Virus record (IMG/VR): IMGVR_UViG_3300025425_000120
Coordinates: 1 to 28,324 of that record
DNA: 28,324 nt
Source of the DNA: a virus
Taxonomy: Duplodnaviria > Caudoviricetes
Direction: 5' to 3' (one strand)
Part shown: one piece after another, positions 1 through 9,200 of the stretch
Layout of the letters: every line of letters begins with the position of its first letter
Position numbering within the stretch: the stretch's first letter is position 1
Made by a program: the position numbers and the translations under genes
Notes under the pieces: model-generated
Database searches by the model: none
What the model was told of the DNA's origin: nothing
What the model saw: only the letters and a program-made list of their open reading frames with translations

Positions 1-1027
1 CAATCATTCCTGAATCAGCTTCTGAGTTTCCTGAATTTACTTTAATAAAAGCATCATCATAGGTTGAGATGTTTGATACCGAAGAATTGTATTCTCCCGA
101 AATATTTAAATTTCCTGTGATTGTCACATCACCTGTTAGTGCAATATTGCCTGTGGATCCTGTGATTGCTATAGGAGTTTTTGTTACTCCTCCGTCATTG
201 ACTGTGACTGATAAATTTTTGTCTTCAGATGTTTGTGCAAGAGTTATGTTTCCTGTGCTTGCTGTGATTGAAAACTCCTGGCCATCTCCAACAACAATAC
301 CACCGTCTGCATCTATTGTTAATGCTCCTGTCGTGGTGTCTGCCGCATCTGCTCGTAGGAAGTTACCACCAGCAATAACAGTGCCGGAGGTGTTTGTTGT
401 TCCAGACACATCTAGTGTTGATGCCTGCGTTGAATTACCTGAGAATGATGCTCCCAGTGTTGAATTTAATGTGAGACCTGCACTAACCGATGCAAAGCCT
501 GTGATAGCAGAATCTGGTGTGAATGTTTCTTTTGAAAGTATAGCAACTCTAATGTTGCCCACGTACATGGATGAAATAACTTTGCTGACACCTGATGCTG
601 TGACTGTTTCAATTTTCCAACCTGACAGTGTTTGTCCTGCTGTGTATTGTGGTCCTACCAATATCCATGCAGACCCTGAATAAAAATACAATTGACTGTT
701 GGTTGAGTCCTGCCAAAGATCTCCTGCTGAGGGTGATGTGGGTTGTGTGCTCTGCACTTTTGCTCCACCAGTGGGTTTGAAACTTGATCCATCATACACT
801 TTGATCTGTGCTGTGGATGTGTCAAACCATAATTCACCTTCTATCGGAGCAGACGGTGCTGATGTGGATGCTGAATTTTCTAATAATTTTACAAGATTTT
901 CGTTGAGTCCTTCACCAAATCCTGAGTATGATTTACCGAACAACTGCAATGTTGTGGTGTTATCCACTGTACCGTCAGTGATTGTGGTAAGTGCTGTGCC
1001 TCTTGTGTTGTTAATTACGTATGCCAT
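1..1027 (-). CDS. Tail/baseplate fibre protein, paralog of 1038..2528; 3' end runs off the window start; absent from the ORF track
   Basis: Reading the minus strand from ATG at 1027 gives MAYVINNTRGTALTTITDGTVDNTTTLQLFGKSYSGFGEGLNENLVKLLENSASTSAPSAPIEGELWFDTSTAQIKVYDG..., open to position 2. The N-terminus aligns by eye with the neighbouring 496-aa protein (GKxYxGxGE..EN..LLEN.A....P..PI.G.LW.D....KVY). Confidence 0.88.
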   Translation of the reverse strand, partial: MAYVINNTRGTALTTITDGTVDNTTTLQLFGKSYSGFGEGLNENLVKLLENSASTSAPSAPIEGELWFDTSTAQIKVYDGSSFKPTGGAKVQSTQPTSPSAGDLWQDSTNSQLYFYSGSAWILVGPQYTAGQTLSGWKIETVTASGVSKVISSMYVGNIRVAILSKETFTPDSAITGFASVSAGLTLNSTLGASFSGNSTQASTLDVSGTTNTSGTVIAGGNFLRADAADTTTGALTIDADGGIVVGDGQEFSITASTGNITLAQTSEDKNLSVTVNDGGVTKTPIAITGSTGNIALTGDVTITGNLNISGEYNSSVSNISTYDDAFIKVNSGNSEADSGMI

Positions 1028-1034
1028 ATACCTA

Positions 1035-1042
1035 TATTTATA
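1035..1042 (-). promoter_or_regulatory. T4-type (gp55-dependent) late promoter TATAAATA
   Basis: Plus strand tatttata = TATAAATA on the minus strand, an exact T4 late consensus. It overlaps the TAA stop of the upstream gene and lies 7 nt before the ATG at 1027. A gp55-like sigma is encoded in this window. Confidence 0.8.
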
Positions 1043-2528
1043 GTTTTCCTACAGATACAAAGATCATCCCTGTGCCTGCTGAACTATGATTCTCCAATGC
1101 TTTACCTATTATAGTACCAGTTTTTGGATCTATTGCTTTCCTGGCATGACCCGCATTCTGTCCGTCTGTGGTTAATAGATCTCCTTTTGAAATCTGTCCA
1201 AACACTTTCACTGGCACTTTACCCAACAGTGCCACAGCAACTCCATCTGATGTACTATTCATTAGGTATGCTGGATTGGTGGATACCACTCCTGCTACTC
1301 GAGTGTCCTGTGCGAATGTGGATACTGTAACTTCTTTGTTGCCACCAAACACCAACACTGTGCCGGGTTCATAGTTATAGTCTGCAGTGTACATCTCTGC
1401 CACGTCAGCGTACTGTGCTGATGTTGCTCTAGCATATACCATGCTGTAACCAAAACTGGATGTGCCTAAATCATATGTGTTGTTTGCTGAAGGTCTGATT
1501 GCTCGAGATATCAATGTGCCGGTCATGGTATCTCCAGCTTTTAATACGTTGGAGCTTGCCGCTCCTGTGACTGCTCCTGTCAACGGTCCTGCGAATGCTG
1601 TGGCTGTAAGTGTACCAGATACTTCTAATGCTGTGGATGGTGTTATAGTGCCAATACCTATTCGAGACGATGATGCATCGATGGTCATTACTGTGTTGGT
1701 TACACCGCCATCATTCACTTTGAATGTGATGTCTGTGTCAGGAGTGATGTTAGAAATAACAGCACCTGTGCTGTCTACTTGTATTTTAAAATCGTTGTCT
1801 GCACCAACAGTCAATCCAGAATCATTCACAATACCCAGTGTGCCTGATGTGGTGTCGTTGGCATTGCTTCTCAAGTAGTTTGCCGCGGCAACTCCGCCCA
1901 GTGCATCTGCATCTGTGGCAGTGCCTGTGAGTTTATTACCTGACACATCAGTGGATAAATTAATACCTGCTGTGATTGAAGCGAACCCAGTGATAGAAGA
2001 TTTTGGTGTGAAAGAATCCTCTGATATAATTGCAATTCTTGTGCCATCGTTGTACACATTTGTAACATTTTGGTCAGTGTCTGTGGAGTCTGCTATAACT
2101 TCAAATGTTAGACCGTTTGTGGTTCCCGAGGATGAAGGTGGTCCTACTAGTACGTTGGAAGAGCCGTTGTAAAAATATAATTGTCCTGTGCTGGAATTAA
2201 TCCAAAAATCTCCTGAAACTTGTCCTGACGGAGCATCTGTAGCATATGTGGCACCGCCCAACGGTGAGAACACATTAGATGTGGTGTAAACTTTTAATCT
2301 GTCTTCTGATTTATCATACCATAATTGACCTATAATAGGTTTAGTGGGTTGAGTTTGATCTGCAAAATTTTCTAATATGTGTAGGAAGTTCTCAGCAATC
2401 TGTTCTCCATACCCTGCATAGCCTTTTCCTATAAGATTAATATCTGTTTGATCATTAACCACAGAATCCTGCACAGTGTAACTGTTAGGTGTTGCCGATG
2501 TGTCTGTTTTGTTTACTGTGTACGCCAT
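1038..2528 (-). CDS. Tail fibre-like structural protein (496 aa) with a C-terminal peptidase-G2/intramolecular-chaperone-like domain
   Basis: Conserved N-terminal anchor (GKGYAGYGEQIAENFLHILENFA...GQLWYD), a Thr/Gly/Ser-rich fibre body (RIGIGTITPSTALEVSG) and a C-terminal SAQYADVAEMY...VAGVVSTNPAYLMN...VALLGKVPVKV...KGDLL...IIGKALE module. SD-like AAGGA lies upstream. Confidence 0.8.
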   Translation of the reverse strand: MAYTVNKTDTSATPNSYTVQDSVVNDQTDINLIGKGYAGYGEQIAENFLHILENFADQTQPTKPIIGQLWYDKSEDRLKVYTTSNVFSPLGGATYATDAPSGQVSGDFWINSSTGQLYFYNGSSNVLVGPPSSSGTTNGLTFEVIADSTDTDQNVTNVYNDGTRIAIISEDSFTPKSSITGFASITAGINLSTDVSGNKLTGTATDADALGGVAAANYLRSNANDTTSGTLGIVNDSGLTVGADNDFKIQVDSTGAVISNITPDTDITFKVNDGGVTNTVMTIDASSSRIGIGTITPSTALEVSGTLTATAFAGPLTGAVTGAASSNVLKAGDTMTGTLISRAIRPSANNTYDLGTSSFGYSMVYARATSAQYADVAEMYTADYNYEPGTVLVFGGNKEVTVSTFAQDTRVAGVVSTNPAYLMNSTSDGVAVALLGKVPVKVFGQISKGDLLTTDGQNAGHARKAIDPKTGTIIGKALENHSSAGTGMIFVSVGKL

Positions 2529-2535
2529 TTAATCC

Positions 2536-3195
2536 TTATTCAGTAAATGTGGTTAAACTCTGTATTCTTACTGTGTAGTCAATCTGTATCAATCTGTTCA
2601 AACTTTTTTGTACTGGATGAAAAATTACATGAGTTAACAATTTATTTGTTGCTCCATCTTCTGTACCTTCCCATGATTTCAACCCTAATTCATCAAACAC
2701 ATAGTTGCCATTAAAATCTGTTGTGTTATCGAATGCCGCTTGTCCTGCAGGTTCACCATAATCCAGTGTGCAGGTTACAACAATATCTGTGTACTTGTTG
2801 CCGGCTGTGTGTCGAACTTCCATTTTATTTCTTGTGGTGTCTTTGTTTGTGGCAGAATTATCATCGATCACTTTATAGTAAGTCTGATTGTACAAAGAAG
2901 CATTTGTACCTGTGGAGTTTGGAGTTAGGTATGTGATAATTCCTGTTGGATCCACTGTGGTTCCACCATTTCCAAAAGACATTTCATGCACAAATCCTGT
3001 GCTCTTGTTTGCTAGGCTGTTGGCCAATGCAGAACTCATGTTCTCATAATGAATAGCATTACGCTTGTCCACAATTACTTCTCCCGTGGAAGGATCCCAA
3101 ATTTTGATATGACCTTGCATAAACACTCCGTTTTTATCCTGTGGCTTGTTCATCTCAGTTTTCTCTGTTTCTGTCTCTTTAGATTGTTCTGTCAT
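2536..3195 (-). CDS. Conserved virion structural protein (219 aa), probably a baseplate/fibre-attachment subunit
   Basis: The ORF track gives 2536..3219, but that start overlaps the upstream gene. ATG at 3195 (MTEQSKE...) lies 7 nt after a late-promoter motif. The motifs SFGNGG...FDELGL...LLTHVIFHPVQKSLNRLIQIDYTVRI recall tail-collar/fibre N-terminal domains (inference). It sits between the wedge and fibre genes. Confidence 0.7.
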   Translation of the reverse strand: MTEQSKETETEKTEMNKPQDKNGVFMQGHIKIWDPSTGEVIVDKRNAIHYENMSSALANSLANKSTGFVHEMSFGNGGTTVDPTGIITYLTPNSTGTNASLYNQTYYKVIDDNSATNKDTTRNKMEVRHTAGNKYTDIVVTCTLDYGEPAGQAAFDNTTDFNGNYVFDELGLKSWEGTEDGATNKLLTHVIFHPVQKSLNRLIQIDYTVRIQSLTTFTE

Positions 3196-3202
3196 TGTAT
3201 TG

Positions 3203-3210
3203 TATTTATT
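3203..3210 (-). promoter_or_regulatory. Putative late promoter AATAAATA (one mismatch to TATAAATA)
   Basis: Plus strand tatttatt. Contains the TAA stop of the 4183-aa gene and lies 7 nt upstream of ATG 3195, the same geometry as the site at 1035..1042. Confidence 0.7.
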
Positions 3211-6200
3211 CAGGTGCATTTGTTGGCTCCTCTGCTATGAATTTACCTTGGTTAGTTGTTGATTTTTGTAGTCCTGCACCATTTGATGCAGTGCTGGCAC
3301 CTGTTGTATACCAAACTTGTCCACGTTTTTGTAATATTTTCACTTGCACACCCGATGATGGCACTGTTGTGGTAAGAGTCACTGCTGTCGTTGACCCATC
3401 CACTGTGTAATTTACTGTGCTACCATCTTCTGCTGTGAGCAACAATCGTTGGCCACCAATGAATATGTCTAACTCGTCAGCAGAAGCTGGTGCATGGGTT
3501 GTGGTAAATGTGGCAGACGAACCATCACCAGTGTGTGTGCTGGTGTATACGGTATCTGCATAAGGTACAGTTTGATTGCCGCCGGCGTCTACCACTTGTG
3601 CGCCTACAGCATGTGCCTTAATTCCTGTTCCAAGAGTTCCTCTTCTTAATTGTGAAAGAGTGTTGCCTGATTTTTGGAAAAATTCTATTCTCTCTTTGTC
3701 TATAAAAATTACACCTGGTGCATTGATTGATGCTACTGGTGTACTCACCAGTGTGCCATCTGCCACTGTCATCGCAGTGTCTGCTATATCTAAAGTCGCA
3801 GTCAATGTGGTGGTTTGCGTTTGAGAAATTCGTTTGTAGAATGTTCTGTTCAACATGTCTTTAAAAATTCTAAATCCTGTGGATTTCACAGCAGACTCTA
3901 CTGCAAAATACATCACATCCAATCGGTCACTGCTCGTAAAAGTTTGACCTGATACTGTGATTTTATTACCTTCTAATACATAATCAAACCCTGCTACTAA
4001 TGTTTCTGTAGAGTTTAATACCACATATACATAATCTGCGTTCAGAGGTTCATGAGCTAGATAGTATTCACCTGACGGTCTTCCTTCTAATATTTCTCTT
4101 CGCTGTTTCATACCTAGAGCATTATTAAATGTTGTAACTGTTATTACATTATTAGCATTAAATGTTATGCTGTCCGCGGTCAATTGTGCAGTGTCAAATA
4201 TAATGTCTGTGCCTTCCATTCTGTAGTGTTTGTCTACTAGTGTAGTAACAGCAATTATATCTCCTGCTGTGGGCACTGTTACAAATGATACAGTCTGTGT
4301 GCCTGTGTCCACTGTATAGTCAGTGCTTAAGAATTTTTTAGTACCATTAATATAAACTTCTATTTGTGCAGTACTGGTTATTGTTTTTGCAGGATCCACA
4401 GTAGAATCATCTGAAAGACCTGCAACCACACCATAAGAATATGTGGAACCATCTGCATAATAATAAGTGTTGTCAGGTCCTCTCAACAGAGCACCATTAA
4501 CTTCTGCTAGAGTTAATCCTGCGTAAGGTCCTATCGCTCCTGGTGGATAGGTCAATGCGTATCTTGTTGTAGATCCGTCATACGTGATTGTGTTGGATCT
4601 TAATTCTGCATATGATCGTGCAGTGGAATCCTGATTGAATCCTGCAACCTGTATCGATTGACCTGCTGTCGGTGCAGAGTTAAAATTCACAGTGATTGTT
4701 TTATTAGATTCTGTTGTGGTATAAGCTGTGGTCGATACTCCATTCACTGTCACATATAGAGTTGGCAGAGCACTGTCTAACTGATAGGTGTCTCGGGCAG
4801 ATGTTGTGAATGCAGTGGTATTTCCATCACCTGTGAAATCATTTAGAACCACATAGTTAGATCCTGAAACTGCAAAACTCTTGATGTTGATCACTGAATG
4901 CAGTGCTGGTGCTGAAGCAAATGTTACAGTTTTTGCCGCAACATCCACTGTGAATTCTGTACCTAGTGTTTGAGTGGTTCCATTTACTGAGACAAACACA
5001 CCTGCTTGTGTGCCCGGTCGTTGACCTATCGAGAATGTGGTGGTCACTGCATCTCCTATAGCATTTCTGTTTACTATAAACGGCACACCCGACTCAGGAG
5101 TTGTGTAAACTTTTATGTCCAGAGTGTCAAACATAGATCCTGGTACATTTTCTTCTGGTGCGTAAGAAGTGTCTGGTGTAATAAAGCCGTCGCCTTCTAC
5201 TAGAATATCCGATGGTGCAATACCCACAGCAGATGAAAACAATCCACCTGACATCAACGTATCGAGTGTTCTGTCATCTGTTGGTGTTAATACTTTATCG
5301 TCATCAAAAGGAATTAATTCTACCTTAACTCCAGCTCCTGGCGCTGATGCTAGTGAAAATAATGTGGTGATACCGTCGCCTCTGAATACATCTGCAATTT
5401 GTCTCACACCGCTATAATAAACTGTGTAAACATCTGTAGCACTCGGTGCAGAATCAAATGTGTAAGAAGCAGTAGATCCGTCTCCATAAAAAGTTTTTAC
5501 TCGAGTAGTTCCGTATGTGTCCCAAGTTGCATCATACCAAGGTGAGCTATCCCATCCTTGATCATTTGTGAATGCAAGACCTGTTACCATCACTCCGCCG
5601 TAATCAATACCCTGCATCAACTGTGCTAACTCGTTGCCTGGCATGCCTGTTTGTGGATTATAAAGTCCTAGTGTTCTTTCTGCGGCAGTGATATAAGATT
5701 CGTCACCTCTCAATTTTGTTAGGTTATCTGTGTTGTCATCAAAATCTGTAGTGGATGTGTATGCTGTAACCACTTGATATAATTCATTGTTGTATCTTAT
5801 AAGATCTGCTACTGCATAAGATGTAGATGCTGTCCATGTCAACACTGTGCCTGATCGTGCTACTCGGTCAAATTTCATTGTAACATCAATGTCTCTTACC
5901 ATTGCGTTCGTTAAATTAGCATATGCTCGAGACGGAGTGCTCGGTGCTGAACCTCCTGATTGTCCGCCTGATAGTATCACCGATGGTGTGGTGGTGTATC
6001 CTGATCCTGCTGATGTAACTGTGATGCTCTGTACAGAACCATTACTGATTTTCGCTACTGCTGTGGCTCCGGTGCCTCCACCGCCTGTGATAGTGACTGT
6101 GGGAGCCAGTGTGTAATCTGCTCCTGCGTTGAATACTGTGATCGAACTGACTGTTTTTTTATAGTTGTCGTTCCACAGTTTGTACGGATATGTTGCAATT

Positions 6201-9200
6201 AATGCTGTGTCTGTGTTAGGATTTACTGCTCGAATTGTTGCTGTTTCTGCGTCATAGAACACAGGTAGATCAAAGTCAGAGAACAATCCATCTTGAACCT
6301 CTGTGTTGGTATAGCCTAATTTATAGTCTCTGATTTTTGTGTGGTACGGTTTAACTTCATTGATGTAACTCTCCACATATTCATCTGTGCCTGTGGTGTA
6401 GGTTTTTCTTTGGTCTAGTGCTCGAGCACTGTTGGTCACATTAATGAAACTGGTTTTAAACAACCAATCTACAAATATCTGTTCTTCTAAAACTTTTCTC
6501 AGACCTATAAAGAATAGATTATTGTATTCCACTTTAAGCTCGCCTACAAAGATATCATCTCTCAGTGCTGTTAAAATTTTACGAGTTTCTAAAACAGGTT
6601 CTGCATCAAAGAAGTTGCCATCGAACACATCCTCACCAGCAAATCCTGTGTTGTTTAACGCATAATCATACAGTGTGGTGCTGAGCTGTATTGTGCCATT
6701 TTCTGTGGCAACGTTGTCCCATCCTGTGTTGGTGCGTACAAATAATTTCCACCCGCCTGTGTCTGCGGCAGTGACTTTGACCACTGTGCCCACTGCAACT
6801 GTTAAAGTGTCTAATTGATATTGATATACAACCTGACGATTTATTGCTGTGGCTGTGCTGTAATCGCCCGCATACCAATCTGCCAATCGATAGTAGGCTG
6901 ATGTGTTGTAAGTTTGCACTCGTGTTCTTGAAAATACTAATCCATCCCATTGATATATTGCCCAAAATCCGTTGCTGTTTTCTTCATCGGCTCGTACAAG
7001 ATAGTTGGCATTGCCCGATATGTCTCGAGTATCAATATAGGTTAAATCAGCATGGGTGTCTACTGCGGCATCCCATATGCCTGATTGTGTTGTGGGTTCT
7101 GCTTCTGCAGAATTTAGATTTGTGTAACTGATAGTGTTGGCCAATTGGTTTTTAATCAGCACTGAGTTTGTGTAATCCACGATCTGTTTCAAAGCGGCAA
7201 ATCTATCCACATACCAAGACTGACGTGGTCTAATGTTGTTGCCGTATCTCTGGTTCACTGGTAAATCAATGTCAGGCACTGCGTCACCTGCACTGTTTAT
7301 TCCGATCAAACTATCCCACCATTGCGATTCAATTTTTGTAGCTGGACGATCGTCCTTGTTGCCTTCTTGTATAATTTTCCATACACTGTGAGTTTTACCT
7401 TCATGTTCGTTGGCAGTGTAATCCACATCCAGCACCACATTGGAATTTGCTAGACTGTCTTTTAAATTGAATGTGATCAATTTGTTGGAGGCACTTACAG
7501 CAAAATATTTTAATCCACTCGCGAAAGGATTTGTAATAATGTTACTGACGTAAGCTGTGGTATTTTTTCTTGTGACCACAGATTTTGACGAATCCGGTAT
7601 GAACACAGAATTTTTTACCCAATAATAATAGTAGTTCACAAATCCGTCTAATTTAGAATCGTATTTTTGTTTCACTGTGAGCACCGTGTCATTGTTTATT
7701 AATGGTTGTCCAGATATGTTGTTCGCTAATCCTGTGGCTGTGTTGGATCTCGACGACCATGCCGATGGCAGTAGTGTGGATTCTATCCATTCATACACAT
7801 CTATTGTGGATCCTGGAAACAGTCGACCCCAGTTGTTTGCTCTAAATTCTTGTGTGCCCTGCTCGTACCAAGTCCAACGAGCAGAAGAAAGATCCCACCA
7901 CACTTCACCGATGTGTTCTTCTCCCCACGCTTGATTCTCATTAACATCTTTGTCTGTTGTGCCAACGTTGTATGTTGCTGGATCCCATTCTGTTTTGTAA
8001 TTTATTTCTCTGTCTGCAATACCTAGTATTCTGCCTTTGATAGGATCATAATAATCTATGTACTCTATGATAGCATTTTTAGATCTGTCAAATATAAAAG
8101 CAGACTGAATTTTTGTATTGTCTATCAGCGGTTCTTCATTCACCAACAGACTCCAAGCATAAGTGCCTGGGGTAGTCACGTCAAACACTGCTAATGATCC
8201 TGTGTCTGTGGCAGAATTGTCATCGTTGGGTGACCCTATGTACACCTGATCATTGTTTATGAACACGCCTTTACCAAAATCATCATTGTCTGTGACTCTG
8301 TCTGTGATTAAGCGATCATCTATCACAAATTGTGTATCGTACATCGTGGCAGTGAACGCTCCACCTGACCCTGTGTTGAGATCACCGATGTTGGTGTCTC
8401 CCAGATCAAAAGTGGTCGTGCCTGAGTCAAACTGCATGGTTCTGAAATTGGCCGATCTCTCTGCTCCAATCACTATTCTTGTGCCTGCATCATTTATATC
8501 CAGAGAAGATCCAAAACGCATGTTAGTCTGTGTGTCTGGACTTGTTATAGTCTGTTGCAGAGTAAATGCCTGTGTGGAATCCCCGTCGGCATCCCATTTG
8601 TAGTAGTATACTGCACCGGCGTCTGCTTGTTCTCCGTTATCATAAGCAGGTGCACTGATTATTAATCGTGTGCCATCTTTGCTCATGGTTACAGCTTCAC
8701 CAAAACTTAAATTGTTTGTGCTACCATCCGAAGACACACCATTAATGGTCTGTCTGTGTACCCATTGAAATTGTGTGCTTCCATCATTGGTTGTGCCGCT
8801 TCTAGTAAATATTTCTACTTTTCCCGCATTGCCTGGCGCAAGAGAACTCACTGCAATTATGTCTCCGTTGTCGTTGACTGCGATTCTGTGGCCAAATCTC
8901 TGTCCTGCATCTGCATCATTGCTTCCAAAGCTCGATTCCTGTGTCCATGTGTCCACTCCGTCCCATGTGTACATATACACTGTACCTGTGTCACTGTCAC
9001 TGCCTGGAGCTCCCACATACAGATAATTTGTAGCACCTGCTAGTGCATGACTCCATCCAAAATTTAAATCAACTGATGCTGACGACCCATCTGTTGGTGG
9101 AACTATAGTGGTCGATTCTTGATAGTTCAATGCTGTTGTATTCCATTTGTACATTTTAATCAATCCAGCATTTGTGTACACTGTGCTGTCGCTTAATTCA

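Noticed and set aside
69-2172. Plus-strand ORFs of 62-204 aa (69..683, 699..1043, 1462..1878 and others)
   Set aside because: They are antisense shadows of the minus-strand fibre genes. Their Val/Pro/Ser-rich composition mirrors Thr/Gly/Asp codons on the coding strand, with no RBS or recognisable motifs.
3196-3219. Upstream start MHLNKYNT for the 227-aa ORF
   Set aside because: It overlaps the upstream gene and the late-promoter motif. ATG 3195 fits the promoter geometry better.
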